DNA from: Marsupella aquatica
Lineage: Eukaryota > Plantae > Marchantiophyta
Length of the DNA stretch: 64,000 nt
Direction of reading: 5' to 3'
NCBI GenBank assembly: GCA_973895155.1
Contig: OZ316896.1
Location: forward strand, 7,263,278 to 7,327,277
The notes under the pieces are model-generated. The model saw only the letters and a list, made by a program, of their open reading frames with translations. It was not told the origin of the DNA and did no database searches. This document shows, in pieces, positions 58,601 to 64,000 of this stretch (position 1 is its first letter; the number at the start of each line of letters is the position of its first letter). The position numbers and the translations under genes were made by a program.

Positions 58601-59990
58601 GCTTGGGTCTGGCCTTTCTGCCAGATAGACCTGTGCTTTGCCGATCTCTGCCCTCGGCAAGTTACAATGCATGGTCACCCGCAAGAAGTCGATCATCTCT
58701 CCTATGTGCGGGTTGGTGCAGGTGTTCCGGAAGAAGCCATTCTTCGTTGATGGCCCGGGGAACGACCGGAACTCCTTGTCAGGCAAGGTCTTCCTGGTAT
58801 CAACTTTGGTCTTATTGCCCATCGGCAAGCCAAACACTTCGGCAATCACCTTGGGAGTAAGATAGAAATCCTTCCCATATATCCTCGTGCAATTGGTCTC
58901 GGGTTCCCATGACCCCACGAATTCTAATAGGTCTGACTCCGGTACCTCCGGCTTCAGCCATGGTAATCTTACAAAGGCCTCCAAGCCGGATCCGGCCATG
59001 AAGCCTTGGTACTTCTTGGTCTGCATGGCCATAAAGCATGCATCCTCCTCCCGTGCAAAATGTAGTTGCACCTCCACCGGTAGGGTTGCCGCCCAGCCCT
59101 TCCAGGTGTCATCCCTGGTTGGAATGGCCTTGATGGGATCGACCTCCTCCTCTTCGGCTTCTCCCTGCCTCCTGCTCTGCTGCTCGGCTGGCTTCTTTGG
59201 TGCCGCCGACCTCGTTCTTTTTGCCGGGGTGGCTTCATCGTTGACGGCTCCCTTCCTCTTCATCTCTGCTGCCGTGGAGGTTTCTCCTAGCACCGTTGTC
59301 CGGGTCCACCTTTCCGTGCTACCCTTTAATTCCCAGTGTATGTCGTTGCAGTTCTTGATGGCCTCTCGGATGCCGACGACGCTATCTTTGCAAAACAGAA
59401 GATCGTCGAGTTGATTGGAAGTAGGCGTCCACAGGAACTCGTCCTTGATGAGTTTGCCTCCTAAGAAAGCCGTCTTCTGCAGCTCCCACAATCGAGTGAG
59501 CTCCAGCCATTCTCGAGCTGCCCTTTCTGACTCCTCGTCCTCGTAAGTCTTGATGTACTCAGTTGCCCGTTCGAACAGGCATCCCCAGAAATGTGCCGCT
59601 TGATTGACGTTGCTCATACCCTCCTTAGGTTGATCGTCGGTATCTACTCTCTCCCCGAGTGCTTGCCTAAGCAGCTAACAGTAGTTGGCCTCCCGTAGTC
59701 GTCTGCCTAGTTCGTGCTCGCAAATGAGCCACCATCTCCTGCAAGCGCTCCTTACCCCTCTCCTCTGCCGGTCCTTCTTCCCATTGATCCTTCCTAGCCG
59801 CCGACGCTTAACGCGCCCTAACCCTAATCGGGTTTTCACCCTCAGCCTTACCTCCGGCCTCTGCCCGGGTTCCATGGTTGCTCCTAATTGTTTATATTTT
59901 CCTTGTTTTGTCACTATACTAAGGTGTTCCTAGGGTGCCTTCCTGCTTTACCCACTTAACCGGCCGAGTGATTCCTGTCTAGGCATCACA
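55662..59990 (-). repeat. 5' LTR lacking its last 326 bp and the PBS; carries a second copy of the LTR ORF (56257-59875)
   Basis: Matches 45341-49669 and joins ~30 nt upstream of the gag ATG at 55632. Confidence 0.92.
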
Positions 59991-60523
59991 ATTGGTCTCA
60001 GGTTCCCATGATCCCATAAATTCTAATAAGTCTGAATCCGACACCTTCGACTTTAGCCATGGTAATTTCAAGAAAGCTTCCAAGCCGGATCCGGCCATGA
60101 AGCCCTGGTACTTCTGAGTCTGCATAGCCGTAAAGCATGCATCCTCTTCACGTGCAAAGTGTAATTGCACTTCCTCGGGGAGGTCGCCGCCTAGCCTTTC
60201 CTGTGTCATCTCTTGTCAGAACAACATTGATGGGGTTGACCTCCTCTTCTTCGGCTTTGTCCTGGCTCCTGCTCCCTTGCTTGCTTGGCTTCCTTGGTGC
60301 CGCCGACCTCGTTCTCTTCGCAGGGGTGGTCACTTCGTTGGCGTTTCCTTTCCTCTTCATAGCTACTGCCATGGATGTTTCTCCTAGCACGGTTGCCTTC
60401 ATCCACCCCTCCATGCTACCGTTCAACTCCCAGTGTATGTCGTTGCAGCAGTTGATGGCTTCCCGGATGCCGACTATTTTGTTCTCACAAAACAAAAGAT
60501 CATTGATTTTGTCGCTAGTAGGT

Positions 60524-62472
60524 CACTAGTACATATTTAGCTGATTTCCGATGCTCAATTTTTGCAAACAATTGGCGTCCGATTCTTTTAGAATCGGAAA
60601 TTCCCATTATCACAAAATGGCAATATGCCATACTCTCAGCTTTGGATATCTTCATTTCCGATGTAATTAACAATGGAACCTTTCTGATGCGGTAAAAAAT
60701 GGATCATATCCGTTACAAAATACATCGGATCCCCTAACAAAAAATTTGATTGATATGTCCGATGTTTTTTGTAACGGAAATAATGTGCGTTTCAATATTG
60801 ATCGGAAAAGTTTTGTAGTTGATAAGAACGGATATTATATCCAATTGTGGTAAAATGGCAAAGTCCGATGTTGAGAGAATGGGAAAGTCCGATGCTGAGA
60901 GAATGAGAAAGTCCGATGCTAGGAGAATGGGAAAGTCCGATGCTAGTAGAATGGGAAAGTCCGATGCTGGGAGAATGGGAAATTTTCATTTTGGCAAAAC
61001 GACAAATTCCTATTGTGTTAGATGGGGCATGTAGTTGCACCGACATACTCTTCCTAGAAAAGAGGATACAATCATTCTTGCATGTTTGAATGACTTCATA
61101 CTTGAGGCAAATGGACTTAATTGAATGTTGTTCTTGCCTCCTTCCAAGACCCCAAAATATTGTTCCCTTTTGGCAATATTTGCTCAACATGCAAAATCAA
61201 AATTTATCATCTAAAAGGAGATTGCTTGTCCCATGTAGTCTTTGTTGCAAGTCCAACAACATCATAGTTGATGAAAGATGAGACAATCGGGAGCTGCCCT
61301 TGACGCCAAGGCTTTGGAAGGACCAAAATATTAATCTTCCATAACTAATAAACTATAATGATCTTATGTCAAGTTGGATGGAGGAGGGCTTTACTATTCA
61401 CGAATGACCCCAAATTTCTATTGATTGCTCCAAGGAAATTAAGAGGGTAATCGTAATTATAGATCACTCAATGCAAACATGCAATATCATAATAGAGCAA
61501 AACTGGGATTTATTAGTCTAATGCCACACTTTTGTGGCATAATCACTACATTGCCACTCTTTTTCTTGTATTTATCACTCTGCCTCTCGTTTGAGTCATT
61601 GGTTAAGAAAAGTAACTCAGGTTAACTACCTAAGATCCGTCGTTGAGATTTCTTTTGGTCTTCCCATTGGATGGTCGTCGCTTCCCTCACGGTTACATTT
61701 TGAACCCTTAGTATAGTTTGCGGAGGGGTGGGTCGGCTAATCCATTTCTCCTCCCCTCCATTTCTCTATCACCATAGTCGAGGCGCATTGGCTGCGTCTT
61801 TGCTCCACCCTTGCCACTATCGTTGCGTCCTCATTTCCCCGGCCCGGGCTGTGTTGTCGTTGATCCTGGCTGCCTCTAGCTTGGCTGGGGCTGCATTGTT
61901 GCATGTTTCCTGTTGGCCTCTCCCGACTCTGCCCAGCTTAGGTCCAAATTATGGGTCTTAATAAATTTAGAAGTGTATAAAATTCCTAAACACTCCAAGT
62001 CAAACAATAAAAGTGTTAAGCTTGCATGTACATTGTGAGGGATAAGAACCACAAAGTTAAGCTCATGTTGGAGGAATAGCAATTGGGATGGGTGACCACT
62101 TAGTTGAGGAATGAAAAGTTGAAATGTCAAAGGAGATGGGCACCTTGCTCATGGTTGCAAAATGAAAGTAAATATACAAAGGAAGAGATGGGTGACCTGA
62201 GCACCCCGCGTCCGCTCCAATGTGTATCCCATTTTCATTGTTTTGCTCTTTCCCATTCTCCCAGCATTGGACTTTCCCATTCTCCCAACATCGGACTTTC
62301 CCATTCTTTCAGCATTGGACTTTCCGATTTAAGTCCGATTGTCGATATCCGATACTTTTATCATGGCATGTTACGATGCCGGCAGAATTGGATGTATGGT
62401 TTTTTTATATTTTGTTTTACAAAGACGTCCGATGTGGAGAGAATTGGAAAAAGGAGGTAAAATGTACTAGTG
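60524..62472. mobile_element. Non-autonomous CACTA element
   Basis: TIR CACTAGTACAT...ATGTACTAGTG with 3-bp TSD GGT. 24-bp GGAAAGTCCGATGCT repeats in opposite orientation (~60860-60980, ~62250-62330). TnpD remnant ICLKYEVIQTCKNDCILF. Confidence 0.92.
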
Positions 62473-63041
62473 GGTGTCCACAGGAATTTAACCGTGATGA
62501 GTTCTCCTCCTACGAAGGCAAACTTCTGTAGCTCCCACAGTCAAGCGAGCTCCTGCCATTCTCGAGTGGCTCTCTCTGATTCTTTGTCCTTGTAGAGCCC
62601 AATGTACTCAATTGCCCGTTCTAACAGGCATCCCCAAAAATGAGCAGCCTGATTGACGTTGCTCATACCCTTCCTTGAATTGATAGTCTGTATCTGCTCC
62701 CTCCCCCGCTCCCTCCCCAAGTGCTTGCCTAAGCAGCTGACAGTAGTTGCTTCACGTAGTCGTCTGCTTAGTTCGTGCTTTCAAATGAGCCACCATTCCT
62801 TGCGATCAATCCTTACCCCCCTGCCTGGTCTTCCTTCCCGTTAGTTACCCATAGCCGCCGGTACTTAGCGCGTCCTAACCCTAATCATGTTCCCTCTCTC
62901 GACGTCCTTACTTCCAGCCTCAGCTCGGGTTCCATAGTCACCCTTAATTGTTTATATTTTCCTTGTTTTTGTTACTATACTAATGTGTTTCCAGGGTACA
63001 CTCCTGATTTTTACCATTTAAACTGGCCTAGTGATTCCTGG

Positions 63042-64000
63042 CTAGGCATCACATAGCTCCCCACTTAATTGTGAAGCGTCCTCACAAACAACTTCATCTT
63101 CATCCATATAGTATTTCTTGAGGCGGTTGTAGTGAATGCAAACTGGGTACACCTCTCCAGTTATGTTGGCCAATTGCACGGAGCCATTGGAGAACTTCAT
63201 GGTTATCCTTAAGGGTCCTAACCAGCGAGTGTAAAGTTTACCTGGAAACCTACTATACCTACTGTCGTAAAGTAATACAAGATCTCTTGTGTGAATACTA
63301 ATTGGTTTCAACTTTTTATGATATTGCTGCTTCATGGTATTCTGTCTATATTCTACTCTCTCAGTTGAAATCATTCTTGCCTCTTCTAAAGCTTCTAATC
63401 TATATTCTCGCTCCTCTAGGCTTTCCTCCTCTGAGGCTCTCTCTTTAATTGTAACTTGAAATGTAGGAATCTCAAGTTGCATGGGTACCAGAGCTTCCTG
63501 TCCAAATGTTAAGAAAAAAAGTGTATGACCGGTAGTGGATTTATAGGCTAAATTGTAAGCAAAAACAGCAGCAAACAATTTATCATCCCAATCGAGTTTG
63601 TTCTGGGCTATGGTCTTGTTTAATATCCTTCCTATAATTCCATTGGCTTGTTCTGTCAACCCATTTGCCTTTGGGTGGTAAGGAGTAGTAGGCCTATGTC
63701 TAACTAAATACTGCTTATTTAAACGACTAATTATATCATTCAGAAAATGGGTTCCTCTATCACTAACTAATTCTAGTGGTGCGCCATACCTGGTGAAGAT
63801 CTGCTCAAACATGAATCGAGCCGTAATAATTGCATCATCCTTCGTTGTCGGCCCGGCCTCCACCCACTTAGTTGCATAATCCGTGCCCAGGATTATGTAC
63901 TTGTTCCTCCGAGGATGGGTTAATGGTTTCAGGGGTCCAATGTAATCAATACCCCACTTCTCAAATGGTGCCAGAGGTAGAATAGGGTGCAGTGGATGTC
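63042..64000 (-). CDS. pol: Integrase C-terminal half of the older family-2 element, open past the right edge
   Basis: Closely similar to the end of the 49658-52924 protein, ending ...SQLSGELCDA*. Confidence 0.9.
   Translation of the reverse strand, partial: HPLHPILPLAPFEKWGIDYIGPLKPLTHPRRNKYIILGTDYATKWVEAGPTTKDDAIITARFMFEQIFTRYGAPLELVSDRGTHFLNDIISRLNKQYLVRHRPTTPYHPKANGLTEQANGIIGRILNKTIAQNKLDWDDKLFAAVFAYNLAYKSTTGHTLFFLTFGQEALVPMQLEIPTFQVTIKERASEEESLEEREYRLEALEEARMISTERVEYRQNTMKQQYHKKLKPISIHTRDLVLLYDSRYSRFPGKLYTRWLGPLRITMKFSNGSVQLANITGEVYPVCIHYNRLKKYYMDEDEVVCEDASQLSGELCDA

Larger units (their letters stand above)
45015..59990 (-). mobile_element. Young Ty3/Gypsy element, family 2 (14976 bp)
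   Basis: ATTGG TSD at 45010-45014 and 59991-59995; TG...CA ends. LTR-gag-PR-RT-RH-INT-PPT-LTR. The LTRs are offset by exactly 10321 bp and differ at roughly 20 positions by eye. Confidence 0.96.
42579..64000 (-). mobile_element. Older family-2 Gypsy element: integrase, PPT and 3' LTR (42579-45014, 59991-60523, 62473-63053) split by two nested insertions
   Basis: LTR starts at 63053 after PPT AAGTGGGGAGCTA. The degenerate LTR ORF is collinear across the ATTGG and GGT TSDs. Confidence 0.88.

Noticed and set aside
55662-59990. 4.3-kb direct repeat as an assembly artefact or segmental duplication
   Set aside because: It has TG/CA ends, a PPT, an ATTGG TSD, scattered transitions and an independent solo copy with its own TSD, so it is a true LTR pair.

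Overview
Eukaryotic, transposon-saturated DNA, most likely from a land plant and possibly a non-seed plant (inferred from TE types; not certain). No ordinary host gene is evident. Contents: (i) a non-chromovirus Ty3/Gypsy element with an uninterrupted gag-pol and a tRNA-Asp-type PBS (1-9231); (ii) three copies of a MULE/Mutator-like transposase with a GCM-like Zn domain, the first head-to-head with an intact four-exon gene for a ParB-like + beta-class amino-methyltransferase-like protein, with family-specific TAGCG..CGCTA palindromes in introns and intergenic DNA; (iii) a second Gypsy family (family 2) whose ~4.6-kb LTR itself encodes a ~1200-aa PMD-like/coiled-coil protein. Family 2 is present as a young 15-kb element with ATTGG TSD (45015-59990), a solo LTR with CTCCT TSD (28262-32797) and three older copies. 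The young element has a candidate -1 frameshift signal (G_GAU_UUU + stem-loop/pseudoknot) between protease and RT; (iv) a divergent third LTR family with a homologous LTR-borne ORF; (v) LINE, CACTA and RPA/Helitron-like fragments. Best candidates for new biology are the protein-coding LTRs and the MULE + ParB-MTase + palindrome module. All protein family calls come from motif recognition by eye, not database searches.
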